The position numbers and the translations under genes were made by a program. This document shows, in pieces, positions 27,001 through 33,237 of a stretch of DNA of 64,000 nt (position 1 is the first letter of the stretch; the number at the start of each line of letters is the position of its first letter). The stretch is from positions 1,029 to 65,028 of the forward strand of contig JBDNGP010000045.1 of NCBI GenBank assembly GCA_041689265.1. The letters run 5' to 3'. The notes below the pieces were generated by a model, which was not told the origin of the DNA, did no database searches, and was given only the letters and a program-made list of their open reading frames with translations. The stretch is from Verrucomicrobiota bacterium (GTDB lineage: Bacteria; Verrucomicrobiota; Verrucomicrobiia; Limisphaerales; RI-55).

Positions 27001-29819
27001 TTGGTTCCCTGCCGAAACAATGGGTTGAAGACGCGAAGAAAGTCGACGCATTCTGGGTGCCGTCAAGCTACGTGAAAAAGGTCTACGTGGAATCCGGTGT
27101 GCCCGAGGACAAGGTTCATGTGGTCCCGAACGGCATTGATCCCGAGCTGTTCCGGCCGGACGCCAGACCGATCAAACTCAAGACGAAAAAGACGTTCAAG
27201 TTCCTGTTCGTCGGCGGCACGATTCATCGCAAGGGACCGGACGTGTTGCTCAGGTCATACTGCGAAACGTTTGGTGCGAAGGACGACGTCTGTCTCGTGA
27301 TCAAAGATTTTGGTGGTGGTTCGGTTTATGCCGGGCAGACGCTCGAACAACAGATCGAGCAGCTCAAAAAGCAACCGAACGCGCCGGAGATTCTTTACCT
27401 CAACGAGGAGCTGCCGCCGGCCGATCTGCCGGGGCTGTTCACTGCGTGCGATTGCCTCGTGCATCCGTATCGCGGCGAGGGATTCGGGATGCCGGTTCTG
27501 GAAGCGATGGCTTGCGGGTTGCCGGTGGTCGTGACGGCGGGCGGTTCGACGGATGACTTTGTCCCGGTCGAGGCGGGTTATCATATTCCGTCTGTTCGGA
27601 AAGTGTTTGGTCAAGCAGTCGGGGATATTCCTTTGGCTGGTGATGGCTGGTTGTTGGAACCGAATCTGGATGCGTTGAAGTGGGTGATGCGGCGGGTTTT
27701 TTCCAACCGCGACGAGGCGGCGGAAAAAGGCGGTGCGGCGAGCCGGTTCGCGCACGAAAACTACTCGTGGAAACTGGTTGCCCAACGCGTGGCGCAGCTT
27801 GCGGCCGAGTTGATTGGAACGGAACGGAAACCTGCCGCGAACGCGACGGCAAAACCTGTTGCAAAGACTGTCCAGAGAAAAGCGCCGGTTGCGATCGAGC
27901 TGCCGGACGTCGCCCGGTTGGGCTATGTCGGGGCCGCTCGTCAACTTCTCAAGCAGAAGAAACTAGTGCCCGCGTGGAATGCTGTTCAGGACGCGTTGAA
28001 AGTGCGTCCGTTCCATCCGGAAGCGTATTTGTTGATGGCTGAGATCGCCTGGACCGCCGGACAATCGAAGCTGATGAAAGAATGCGTCGACCGCGTGTTG
28101 GCGATGACGCCGAACTGGAAACCGGCAAAGAAATTTATCAAATCACATCCAGTGCGGACAGCATCGGCGAAGGTGACGTTTGCTCCGGTGCCCGAAGAGG
28201 ATAATCCGCGTCTGACCGTGTGTCTGATCACCAAGAACGAAGAACAGTTCATCGGCCAGTGTCTGGATTCCGTGAAATCCGTGGCGGACCAGATTGTGGT
28301 CATGGACACCGGGTCGTCTGATCGGACGGTTGAGATCGCGAAAGGGCGCGGTGCCGGGATTCATCACTTCGAGTGGTGCGACGATTTCAGCGCGGCTCGC
28401 AATGCCGCCTTGGAACACGCGACCGGCGACTGGGTTCTCGTGCTGGACGCGGATGAAGTGCTGTCGCCCGATTCGATTTCAGAGCTGAAGAAGTCGTTGA
28501 AAACGAAGAACGCGATCGGCTGGCGGTTGCCGATCATTGACGACGGACGCGAAGCCGAGGGCTGCAACTATGTTGCGCGTTTGTTCCGCAACGCTCCGGG
28601 CCTGTTCTACGTCTGCCGGGTTCACGAACAGGTGTTCAGCAGCGTTGAAGTTCGGCGGGAAGAGTGGGGCATGACTGCGGACGTCGGCCAAGCGACGCTG
28701 CGTCACTACGGTTACACCGAGCAGCTGGTGAAGGATCGCAACAAGGTTAGTCGCAACCTCAAGTTGCTTGAAAAAGCGATTGAAGAGATTTCCGACGATC
28801 CGAATTTGTTGATGAACTACGGACTTGAGCTTGTCCGCTCGGAACGACTGGAGGACGGTCTGGCGCGATACGCCGAGGCGTTTGAGTCGATGAGCGGAAA
28901 GCCGAAGAACGAAGTGACGCCTGAATTGCGTGAGACGTTGTTAACCCAATACTCATCACAGCTGATGAAGGCGAAAAACTGGCACGAGATCGTGTGTGTT
29001 CTGAACTCCGGCATCGCCCGTTCCGGCGGGCTCACGGCGTCGTTGCACTTCAGTCTCGGACTGGCCCACCAGGAATTGCACGAGTGGACCGAGGCTGCTG
29101 AAGAATTTCGTCAATGCCTGAAGAAGCGGCATCAGAAGACGTTCTCCGTTTCCAACAAAGTGATTGCCGGTGGCGCGCCACGTCATTGCCTTGCGCTGGC
29201 GCTGTGGAAATCTGGCGATTGCGAATCTGCCGCCAGGGAATTTGCCGCCGGACTGACGGAAGACCCTTCGTTGCTTTCTCTGCAAATGGATCACGCCCGG
29301 TTCCTGTTGGATCAGGAGCAGCCGATCGAAGCGTTACAGCAGTTGCATGGTTTGGTCGTTGCAAACGCCGGCATTCAGGAAGCCTGGGTGATGGGCGGAC
29401 GAATCGCGCTGAGTGACCCGGACTTTATCGAGTTCGCCCGCGACTGGACGGTCGAAGCGGTCCGCCAACACCCGCAGAATCATGTGGTCGTCGCGCAACG
29501 CGCGGAAACCTTGATGGTGAGCCAGCAGTTTTTCGACGCGTTGCCGTTCTGGCGACAGCTGGACGGTCATCCGAAGGCGGTGTCCGCCCGAATCATTTGT
29601 GAACTGATGCAGGGTGGATCCAGCATTGACGCGCCGCCGGTCAACGAACGGGAAGTGAGCCAGGAGTTTTTGAACTGGTACCGCCGGTTAATCAGCTACA
29701 ACGCCGTCGAAAGCGTAAGTGCGATCCACGAGCGGTTGGAGACGCTGCGGATCTTCCTGCCCACGGCGGTCGCCACGTTGGAGGCGGTGCTCCGGCAGGC
29801 TGAAGTCGAAGTGGCGTAA
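18078..29819 (+). CDS. giant multidomain glycosyltransferase/methyltransferase fusion protein (3,913 aa)
   Basis: Single uninterrupted 11,742-nt ORF. Recognisable modules are listed as separate 'other' features. I saw no signal peptide or TM-length hydrophobic stretch, and no NRPS/PKS or adhesin-repeat motifs. Confidence 0.85.
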   Translation: MTENQTTNTSRHEQHVDPGAILAGAEDYVVVRMSAEFPAYETHSDVDLLCGDPLKILGHILRRAKTYEDRGFKVEVSATGWQLHVDFFPPKANRLDFRFDLIGGFESFNKVSIAPDYVTAILNRKRKVTRDGRTFLIPDEADDLALRLLEYAENIDSRPDKVKHLKFVQSASNLGYVDRLRTFTNLEVTRSGETISCSIKPIRAESVKPDSRGANDYYQLSKTCQVPDLAVCYESLFGRRSNGRFVEVGAFDGEYVSNTSGLADQGWTGHYIEPVPQSAEKYRVRHANNPHVTVSNCAIGARRERIQMHVGGPLSTAIAAMRNHFETLSWAKGTFQNGETVEAEQFTLNEYLTAEKIEPGFDLMVIDIEGGEWAALEPFDIAHWQPQMVIIELHDQNQDYTVIHDQCAKLVRYFEQRDYLPIFKDSTNTVYVRRKKLMTRCERMDYLMVWGHGLAHTDEIMNMIRIRRELEIIAVHKKQIEDMPQFVEDLYACDTVPYEHLQEKTKYLLTIPQDALFILVRNHNAQEKMYGDGEFRHIQCALIKDVKEEVRNAFNPRLNGKRTEDHVIHGSDYESHVVHALQVFGLPTMEHYLRQPNSRFNLPYHLEPFEACQVIDVPLKQLRARILGRGSVPIDQTPHFDYVTGDSASYINYHHQHLGVALTDDHFPAAFDRLINEFDFNFDVGSAKPGHPVVRRDTDGNFVLQDGVHRAAILCAGAVPSVRVIEILPALQPLPLAAVIFSKDRAMQLDATLRSLHLHCPDATSAKLGVLYTTSSEQHAAHYEVLKSVHPGVNFVRERDFRDDLLKLLGSAAHVLFAVDDCLFVHNFRMSEVLEQLGRNPAALGFSLRLGRNTNYCYSFDHAQRSPEFQTINNSVLKFRWSGAEYDFGYPLEVSSSVYRTADLLPLLTEQSFRSPNTLEAMLSENAGQFASTHPELLSFSQSAAFCAPLNMVQSECPNRAGEAGENSPDELAQRFANGDRIDLAFTFGFTPGACHQEVPLQFTSDRVTQVQPLLSKKTHSYGSIGHRLMRRTIPVSRKRKWQSAIPDEVAFWNQYISTRGGGRWEKELEFRLRPDTDLQSYVTQGVEIPSGGTLRLLDVGAGPISFLGKRWAGRTVELTAVDPLAEHYHEILDRCGVKPPVPTELAAGETLTSRFALNHFDVVHARNCIDHSLDAPQAVDQMLGITKPGGWVMLEHGICESNANNQSGLHGWNFFAENNDFIIEAAGGERVNVTRRYAGVAEVTCVVDAKRNWISVRMQKRVSTLAADNRPVVSVVVPCYNQAEYLPDAVESVAKQTFRDFEIVIVDDGSPDNTVEVARQLAARHSDCHISIVNKPNGGLADARNAGIRAARGQYILPLDCDDKISTDHLAKTVAFLEANPKVAIVGTFRQDFGAATGVVQAVHYNLAEILQGNRNSYCSLYRRDVWEAVGGYRTDMVPAGYEDWDFWIGCAERGWFASILPEPLFHYRVKAESMFTEAAEHDDELRAQIALNHPKLFTADQLADANRCLAGMKTSLDGTSTPVADKSERAKTASPNDPLDALEKMIKEALSINPDGIEALQLLAALHIQRKDWHAGAQAGQRLFKLDPDGVKSLMLLAQCLLGGGDGETAIMIFQRVLAIEPQNELAGACLADLTEPDAEPSNTEEAFGQAERNVRRVLSLEPDNVDAHRLLTGILAGQSRWAEAIESGNRVLAAETNDVDTRALVAKCHWETGARTTAELLFEEVLETDPTNTIACEWQAGLNDSEAGVPVATPARTAELPKPGKRFPESKLAHQYLDGLEGLEIGGSAHNPFGLNSRNVDYTADLATVHKLEEVKICGEALPVDIVAPGDVLPVAEGSQDFVISSHVIEHFFDPIKAIKEWQRVVRPGGYVFIIAPHKERTFDKERSRTPLAELLDRHNGIISPPAVDTHHHYTVWTPEDLLEVCRHFDWNVVEFHDADDKVGNGFTLVIQKAPKPAEQAFKVNPVDDVPRENATSGKDHSRSIGVPDELPKVSVIVPTFNRLDRLPVALKSILAQTFRDFEIVVVNDAGEDVTDVVSALQHDGRIRVITHPENKGLAAARNTGIQAARGKYIAYLDDDDRFYPDHLQTLTGFLRDHPGTVAYTDSNRAHEKKINGQWQVTRRDVAYAQDWDNDKILIDNFVPVLSFMHEKSLLEKSGEFDETLRRHEDWDLWIRLSRHFDFVRIPRVTSEFSWRDDGTSMTGQSQSLFLETMRRIHTKYAEFAGGRPYLLEAQELAREELTRTSDAEPKFKVGFMTLDPKVTACAYLRLTAPLDHLHRRGQIEHLSVCDFVEDQLTTNDENLRKVQVLVVQRGMAAGIPYDVMRKAFPPSVRIVFELDDALTLLPPNHGAFDYFQSVRPQLEEYLRKADLVTVSTPKLKELYSGFNDHIEVLPNAIDTQIWKPQAPRPVDGEKIRILFSGTLTHQHDLALVEQAIERIALEFSERVEFLFWGNIPNNLRHLPQIKSIAEFTNDYRTYAQRLQAMPIDLALVPLEETTFNRAKSAIKWLEYSACRIPAIFTDIDAYNQTVEHGISGWLVPNSSDAWYGAMKRLVLDDSLRLRIGETAHKTVMREHTLKQLAPLWVKSYEKALRRSVRKAVKKTLPVSIVIPTFNNLHLTRRCLDSVLCNTPQGQFELVVVDNGSTDGTVPFLSEMQKHGRLRLISNLKNHGFAHACNQGAAAGQGDHVLFLNNDTVVTTGWIGALLETANRHDVGAVGAKLLYPDGTIQHAGIGWINGVPDHPMRHQPANHPEANQFRELDMVTGACLLVPRKLFVQLGGFDEIYRNGVEDIDLCLRIRVAGHKVVYQPGAVVFHHEGKSSGRFDHVSENLQKFAERWKGRFDNDYRFLLPKKGQTMRAKISVLNPAAGKRDSAASDHKVKINWCGSFFDYGSLSNINRVLTDALEEQGTNVSRVQTHDLDAKPPKALRVYRRKLAAEANADAALTVRHAWPPDWSRPVNGKLAVIQPWEFGSLPKQWVEDAKKVDAFWVPSSYVKKVYVESGVPEDKVHVVPNGIDPELFRPDARPIKLKTKKTFKFLFVGGTIHRKGPDVLLRSYCETFGAKDDVCLVIKDFGGGSVYAGQTLEQQIEQLKKQPNAPEILYLNEELPPADLPGLFTACDCLVHPYRGEGFGMPVLEAMACGLPVVVTAGGSTDDFVPVEAGYHIPSVRKVFGQAVGDIPLAGDGWLLEPNLDALKWVMRRVFSNRDEAAEKGGAASRFAHENYSWKLVAQRVAQLAAELIGTERKPAANATAKPVAKTVQRKAPVAIELPDVARLGYVGAARQLLKQKKLVPAWNAVQDALKVRPFHPEAYLLMAEIAWTAGQSKLMKECVDRVLAMTPNWKPAKKFIKSHPVRTASAKVTFAPVPEEDNPRLTVCLITKNEEQFIGQCLDSVKSVADQIVVMDTGSSDRTVEIAKGRGAGIHHFEWCDDFSAARNAALEHATGDWVLVLDADEVLSPDSISELKKSLKTKNAIGWRLPIIDDGREAEGCNYVARLFRNAPGLFYVCRVHEQVFSSVEVRREEWGMTADVGQATLRHYGYTEQLVKDRNKVSRNLKLLEKAIEEISDDPNLLMNYGLELVRSERLEDGLARYAEAFESMSGKPKNEVTPELRETLLTQYSSQLMKAKNWHEIVCVLNSGIARSGGLTASLHFSLGLAHQELHEWTEAAEEFRQCLKKRHQKTFSVSNKVIAGGAPRHCLALALWKSGDCESAAREFAAGLTEDPSLLSLQMDHARFLLDQEQPIEALQQLHGLVVANAGIQEAWVMGGRIALSDPDFIEFARDWTVEAVRQHPQNHVVVAQRAETLMVSQQFFDALPFWRQLDGHPKAVSARIICELMQGGSSIDAPPVNEREVSQEFLNWYRRLISYNAVESVSAIHERLETLRIFLPTAVATLEAVLRQAEVEVA
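18150..18575 (+). other. giant ORF module: nucleotidyltransferase-fold-like N-terminal region (tentative)
   Basis: HSDVDLLCGDP followed by WQLHVDFFPP and FRFDLIGG resembles the hSDxDLl...hxD pattern of minimal pol-beta-type NTases. Confidence 0.3.
18795..19340 (+). other. giant ORF module: FkbM-family methyltransferase
   Basis: FVEVGAFDGEYVSNTSG (VDVGANxG-like) and FDLMVIDIEGGEWAAL (IDLLKIDVEGxE-like). Confidence 0.75.
20140..20260 (+). other. giant ORF motif: ParB/Srx-like DGxHR segment (tentative)
   Basis: PVVRRDTDGNFVLQDGVHRAAILCAGA resembles the ParB-N/sulfiredoxin-fold core. Confidence 0.25.
20275..21100 (+). other. giant ORF module: unclassified, possibly GT-A-like
   Basis: LAAVIFSKDRAMQLDATLRSL...FAVDDCLF has a Rossmann-like beta-alpha start plus an acidic DD motif. 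No family was assigned. Confidence 0.3.
21230..21800 (+). other. giant ORF module: class I SAM-dependent methyltransferase
   Basis: Motif I LRLLDVGAGPISFLG; later FDVVHARNCIDHSLDAPQAVDQMLGITKPGGWVMLEH. Confidence 0.7.
21891..22520 (+). other. giant ORF module: GT2 glycosyltransferase #1
   Basis: VSVVVPCYNQAEYLPDAVESVAKQTFRDFEIVIVDDGSPDNT, LPLDCDD, YEDWDFW. Confidence 0.85.
22690..23290 (+). other. giant ORF module: TPR block 1
   Basis: Repeated 34-aa-like units ending in ...LSINPDGIEA, ...FKLDPDGVKS, ...LAIEPQNELA, ...LSLEPDNVDA, ...LETDPTNTIA. Confidence 0.6.
23397..23945 (+). other. giant ORF module: Methyltransf_11-like SAM methyltransferase
   Basis: GLEIGGSAHNPFG; SQDFVISSHVIEHFFDPIKAIKEWQRVVRPGGYVFIIAP. 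Confidence 0.65.
24063..24760 (+). other. giant ORF module: GT2 glycosyltransferase #2
   Basis: VSVIVPTFNRLDRLPVALKSILAQTFRDFEIVVVNDAGED, YLDDDD, HEDWDLWIRL. Confidence 0.85.
24837..25870 (+). other. giant ORF module: GT-B fold glycosyltransferase (GT1-family-like)
   Basis: KIRILFSGTLTHQHDL..., IDLALVPLEETTFNRAKSAIKWLEYSACRIPAIFTDIDAYNQTVEHGISGWLV. Confidence 0.6.
25899..26640 (+). other. giant ORF module: GT2 glycosyltransferase #3
   Basis: VSIVIPTFNNLHLTRRCLDSVLCNTPQGQFELVVVDNGSTDGT, FLNNDT, GACLLVPRKLFVQLGGFDE, VEDIDLCLR, FHHEGKS. Confidence 0.85.
26721..27820 (+). other. giant ORF module: GT4-type (GT-B, EX7E) glycosyltransferase
   Basis: FKFLFVGGTIHRKGPDVLL, VHPYRGEGFGMPVLEAMACGLPVVVTAGGSTDDFV. 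Confidence 0.8.
27900..28135 (+). other. giant ORF module: short TPR block 2
   Basis: AWNAVQDALKVRPFHPEAYLLMAEIAWTAGQSKLMKECVDRVLAMTPNWKPA. Confidence 0.45.
28206..28720 (+). other. giant ORF module: GT2 glycosyltransferase #4 (GT2+TPR type)
   Basis: LTVCLITKNEEQFIGQCLDSVKSVADQIVVMDTGSSDRTVEIA, WCDDFSAARNAALEHATGDWVLVLDADEVL. Confidence 0.75.
28720..29816 (+). other. giant ORF module: C-terminal TPR-like helical repeat region
   Basis: NLKLLEKAIEEISDDPNLLMNYGLELVRSERLEDGLARYAEAFE..., WTEAAEEFRQCLKK, LALALWKSGDCESAAREFAAGLTEDPS. Confidence 0.5.
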
Positions 29820-29946
29820 TCGGCGCGCGAGGTCGGCTGACAGCGTGTTGCGGCACCGGAACGCGGGCCGGTTGAACTTCGTTTCATTGCCCGCTTTACA
29901 CCGGTTCATCCCGACCCCCATACTTTTGGCCAATTACTGAAGCGCA

Positions 29947-30663
29947 ATGGCCAAGCAAGTTGTCGAAATGGAAATCGAGTCGGTGACGATGGAGCTTCCG
30001 GACGTGAAGACCATCCGCCTCAAGTGGCCGGACGGCTACGATCCCGACTTCAAAACCGGGCAGTTCATCACTGTTTACTGGCCGGATACTCCAAAATACA
30101 AACGCGCGTACTCACTGTCTTCCTGTGCTCTCGACCGGGGCGCCTACGAAGTCACCGTCAAACGTGATGGCAAGATGGGGACCCGGATCGCCGATTGGGC
30201 TCGAGTGGGTGACAAGCTGTTTGTGATCGAGCCGGTGGGTAAATTCCTTCCCGTGTTCGAGCCGGACAAACACTTGATCTGCATCGCCGGGGGATCGGGC
30301 GTCACTCCGTTTCGCGGGTTCGCCCGGGAAGCGTTTCGCCGTGAACTGTCCACCCGTATCACAGTGCTCTACAGCGTGCGGACGACGAATGAGATTATTT
30401 TTGACGAGGAGTTTCGCGAGCTGGCCGCGCAGAATTTGAATTTCGAATTCGAGGTGACTTGTACCCGGTTGCACCCGGACGATTCGTGGAAAGGGCGTCG
30501 TGGACGGATCGACGCAGCGTGGATCAAGGATCACGTCGTTGACCTCAGCAACACCGTTTTTTACGCGTGCGGTCCCAACGCACTGGTTGATGCAACGGAG
30601 CATCTGGTGATCTCCGACTTGGGCGTTTCCAAGGAACAGATGAAGACCGAGAAATGGGGCTGA
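29947..30663 (+). CDS. FAD/NAD(P)-binding oxidoreductase (ferredoxin-NADP reductase-like; no fused ferredoxin domain)
   Basis: RAYSLSS (RxYS FAD motif), IAGGSGVTPF (NAD(P) motif), FYACGPNALV. Confidence 0.75.
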   Translation: MAKQVVEMEIESVTMELPDVKTIRLKWPDGYDPDFKTGQFITVYWPDTPKYKRAYSLSSCALDRGAYEVTVKRDGKMGTRIADWARVGDKLFVIEPVGKFLPVFEPDKHLICIAGGSGVTPFRGFAREAFRRELSTRITVLYSVRTTNEIIFDEEFRELAAQNLNFEFEVTCTRLHPDDSWKGRRGRIDAAWIKDHVVDLSNTVFYACGPNALVDATEHLVISDLGVSKEQMKTEKWG

Positions 30664-30676
30664 TAATTTTTCCGCG

Positions 30677-31810
30677 ATGAAACGAACCCCTCTCTACGAA
30701 TCTCACAAGAAACACGGCGCCCGATTGATCGAGTTTGGCGGTTGGGAAATGCCGGTCCTATATTCGAGCATCGTCGATGAGCATCTGTGCGTGCGGAAAG
30801 CGGCGGGAATTTTTGATATCTCGCACATGGGCGAAGTCTTTGTAAACGGGCCGGGCGCGGAGAAATTCCTGAACAAGCTGCTTACGAACAACATTTCGAA
30901 ACTCGTCGTGGGGCAGGGGCAATATACGTTGATGTGCAACGAACAGGGCGGCGTGATCGACGATCTTTACGTCTATCGAATCGGAGATGAGAATTACCTG
31001 TTGATCGTGAACGCATCCCGGATTGCCGATGATTTTGCGTGGATCGAAAAACAGTGCGCCGGACGGGATGGCGTGACCGCTTCCAATGAGTCGGAAGAGT
31101 GGGGAGCGGTCGCAGTGCAGGGGCCGCGCGTGGTCGAGTTTATTGACCAGTGTTTTTTGAGTGCTGCGACCGGCGGCACTTTGGTGTCGAAACCGACCGG
31201 GCTGGCGAAGAATGAGTTGGCACAGTTTGACTTCGATGGGTCTGCCGTTTGGGTTTGTCGGACCGGCTACACCGGTGAAGATGGTTTTGAGATCGTTGCG
31301 CCGTCGACGTTGATCGAAGCGGTGTGGGATCGGGTGCTGGCGAAAGGGCACGTCGGGTGTCTGCAACCGTGCGGTCTCGGTGCGCGCGACACGTTGCGGA
31401 CGGAGGTTTGCTATCCGCTTTACGGCCATGAACTGACGGAGACGGTGACGCCGATCGAAGCGGGCGTCGGATTTTTTGTTGCGACCGACAAACCAGCGTT
31501 CAACGGGCGAGAAGTTCTAATCCAACAGAAAACGGACAAGCCTGCTCGACGAGTCGTCGCCTTCAAAATGACCGGCAAGTCCGCTCCGCCGCGTCCGCAC
31601 TATCCGATCATCTTGCCCGGCGACGAGAATCGGACCATCGGCGAAGTGACCAGCGGGACACAGAGCCCGTCGATGAACGTCGGTATCGGGTTGGGTTTGG
31701 TGGAGGCGGAATTTGAGAAGATCGGTTCCGTGATCGAGATCGAGATTCGTGGTCGCCGGTTTCCCGCTGAGATTATAAAAAAACCAATTTACCGAAAACC
31801 AACTTCCTGA
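30677..31810 (+). CDS. gcvT: glycine cleavage system aminomethyltransferase T
   Basis: KRTPLYESHKKHGARLIEFGGWEMPVLY, AAGIFDISHMG, RTGYTGEDGFEI, GLGARDTLRTE. Confidence 0.93.
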   Translation: MKRTPLYESHKKHGARLIEFGGWEMPVLYSSIVDEHLCVRKAAGIFDISHMGEVFVNGPGAEKFLNKLLTNNISKLVVGQGQYTLMCNEQGGVIDDLYVYRIGDENYLLIVNASRIADDFAWIEKQCAGRDGVTASNESEEWGAVAVQGPRVVEFIDQCFLSAATGGTLVSKPTGLAKNELAQFDFDGSAVWVCRTGYTGEDGFEIVAPSTLIEAVWDRVLAKGHVGCLQPCGLGARDTLRTEVCYPLYGHELTETVTPIEAGVGFFVATDKPAFNGREVLIQQKTDKPARRVVAFKMTGKSAPPRPHYPIILPGDENRTIGEVTSGTQSPSMNVGIGLGLVEAEFEKIGSVIEIEIRGRRFPAEIIKKPIYRKPTS

Positions 31811-31825
31811 AATTGTCTTCCCGAC

Positions 31826-32209
31826 ATGAGCAACATTCCCGCTGACCTCAAATACGCCAAATCCCACGAATGGGTCCGTCTCGAAGGTGACATCGCTACG
31901 ATCGGGATCACCGATCACGCGCAACACGAACTGACGGACGTGGTATTCGTCGAAGTGCCGGAGGTGGGACGGCAATTGAGCGCCGGTCACGCATGTGCGG
32001 TTGTGGAATCAGTGAAAACTGCCAGTGATATCTACGCTCCGGTCGGTGGGGAAGTAATCGAATCGAACCCGGCATTGGAAGAGGATCCCGGTTTGGTGAA
32101 TCGCGAATCCTACGAGGGCGGATGGTTTTTCAAAGTGAAAGTCAGCGACTTGGGCGAACTCAATGCACTAATGGATGCGGCGGCGTATCAAACCCAGGTG
32201 GGCGGTTGA
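31826..32209 (+). CDS. gcvH: glycine cleavage system H protein (lipoyl carrier)
   Basis: [47 protein letters not shown] (lipoyl-Lys). Confidence 0.93.
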   Translation: MSNIPADLKYAKSHEWVRLEGDIATIGITDHAQHELTDVVFVEVPEVGRQLSAGHACAVVESVKTASDIYAPVGGEVIESNPALEEDPGLVNRESYEGGWFFKVKVSDLGELNALMDAAAYQTQVGG

Positions 32210-32231
32210 GATCTTGAACTTTAGAAAAAAG

Positions 32232-32268
32232 AAAAGACCGGTCGAGTAATCGACCGGCCTTTTCTTTG
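32232..32268. terminator. bidirectional rho-independent terminator (gcvH / convergent hypothetical gene)
   Basis: aaaagaccggtcga-gtaa-tcgaccggccttttcttt: 8-bp stem ccggtcga/tcgaccgg with an A-run upstream and a T-run downstream. Confidence 0.7.
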
Positions 32269-32284
32269 GTTGCAAAACGGAAAG

Positions 32285-32725
32285 TCAGTGGATCTGGCGA
32301 TAAAGCCGGACCGTGCGCCCGGGTTCGATCTGTCCGATGATAGAAAGTGTGTTGGCGCCGATTACAGGGCTGGAGTGCCGGAAGATCTTCTCGTCGGTGC
32401 GGCGGTCAAGCCGGGTGCTTCGGCCGATGCTGACGTTGATCTTGGATTTTCCGTGCGATGCCGGTTGAATGGATACTGAGATCTCGTCGCTCGTCATAAC
32501 AAAATTGCGGTTATCCTGGATCGCCAGGGGGTAATTGTCGGTTTCGAATTCGGTCAGCTGAACTTGCACAAAACTGATCCTAGCAGCGGACATGCCCTCG
32601 AACGCAAAGTGAACAACTCTCTCTTCTATTTTAAATGGAAAGTCAGGCGGTATTTCGTAACCTACTGATAAATAGTTAAATAGAGGTCGCTGGTTAGGCT
32701 GTGGTTTTATTCGCAGTTTACTCAC
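32285..32725 (-). CDS. hypothetical protein
   Basis: 146-aa ORF with coding-like codon usage in its 3' two thirds and the terminator immediately downstream. No family recognised. The 5' part lies in an AT-richer stretch. Confidence 0.45.
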   Translation of the reverse strand: MSKLRIKPQPNQRPLFNYLSVGYEIPPDFPFKIEERVVHFAFEGMSAARISFVQVQLTEFETDNYPLAIQDNRNFVMTSDEISVSIQPASHGKSKINVSIGRSTRLDRRTDEKIFRHSSPVIGANTLSIIGQIEPGRTVRLYRQIH

Positions 32726-32971
32726 AAGGCGGTTTGGCGTTTCTGAATGTCCTGCTTCAGGAGGGTTTTGCCGCCAAATTGGGAAGGAACCTCAGTTCAT
32801 GTTTGTAACCTGTTCACATTAAAATTGTTATAACTATTTTAGTGATGTGCATGTTTGTCGGTTGACAGCGTTCGAAGTCCGTCCCTACTCTCCTGCCTCG
32901 ATTTTTCGGGAAGTTCACCGGGATCTATTCACCCCGCTGAAATACCGGCAACAGAGAGGATGTGAGTTTAG

Positions 32972-33169
32972 TTGACTGAAATCAGACTTAGAAAAGGCGA
33001 ACCAGTAGAAAAAGCACTGCGCCGCTTGAAGAAGAAAATCGATCGTGAAGGCGTATTGAAAGAAGTACGCAATCATCGTCACTTCGAAAAGCCCAGCGCG
33101 CGGAAGCGTCGCAAGATGAAGGCAGCGCGTTTTTCCGCGATGCTGAGTGCACGCTATGCTGATAATTGA
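32972..33169 (+). CDS. rpsU: 30S ribosomal protein S21
   Basis: (M)TEIRLRKGEPVEKALRRLKKKIDREGVLKEVRNHRHFEKPSARKRRK. TTG start with gagagga RBS 12 nt upstream. Confidence 0.9.
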   Translation: MTEIRLRKGEPVEKALRRLKKKIDREGVLKEVRNHRHFEKPSARKRRKMKAARFSAMLSARYADN

Positions 33170-33186
33170 TCGCTAATCCGTTTTGA

Positions 33187-33232
33187 ACCGGGTGCCGTGC
33201 TGCGTTGTCAGAACGGCACTCGGTCTTTTTTG
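33187..33232 (+). terminator. rho-independent terminator after rpsU
   Basis: 12-bp stem accgggtgccgt / acggcactcggt (one G-U pair), 14-nt loop, then cTTTTTTg. Confidence 0.7.
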
Positions 33233-33237
33233 TTTCG

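Noticed and set aside
18078-29819. Giant ORF as an NRPS/PKS, RTX toxin or repeat adhesin
   Set aside because: I saw no adenylation, condensation, thiolation or ketosynthase motifs. There are no tandem Ig/cadherin/RTX nonapeptide repeats and no signal peptide. The recognisable motifs are glycosyltransferase, methyltransferase and TPR.
32285-32725. PilZ (c-di-GMP-binding) domain in the 146-aa hypothetical protein
   Set aside because: An RLDRR...NTLSIIG pattern superficially resembles RxxxR...D/NxSxxG. However, the spacing is wrong (NxxSxxG) and the motif sits only ~30 aa from the C-terminus, leaving no room for a PilZ barrel.
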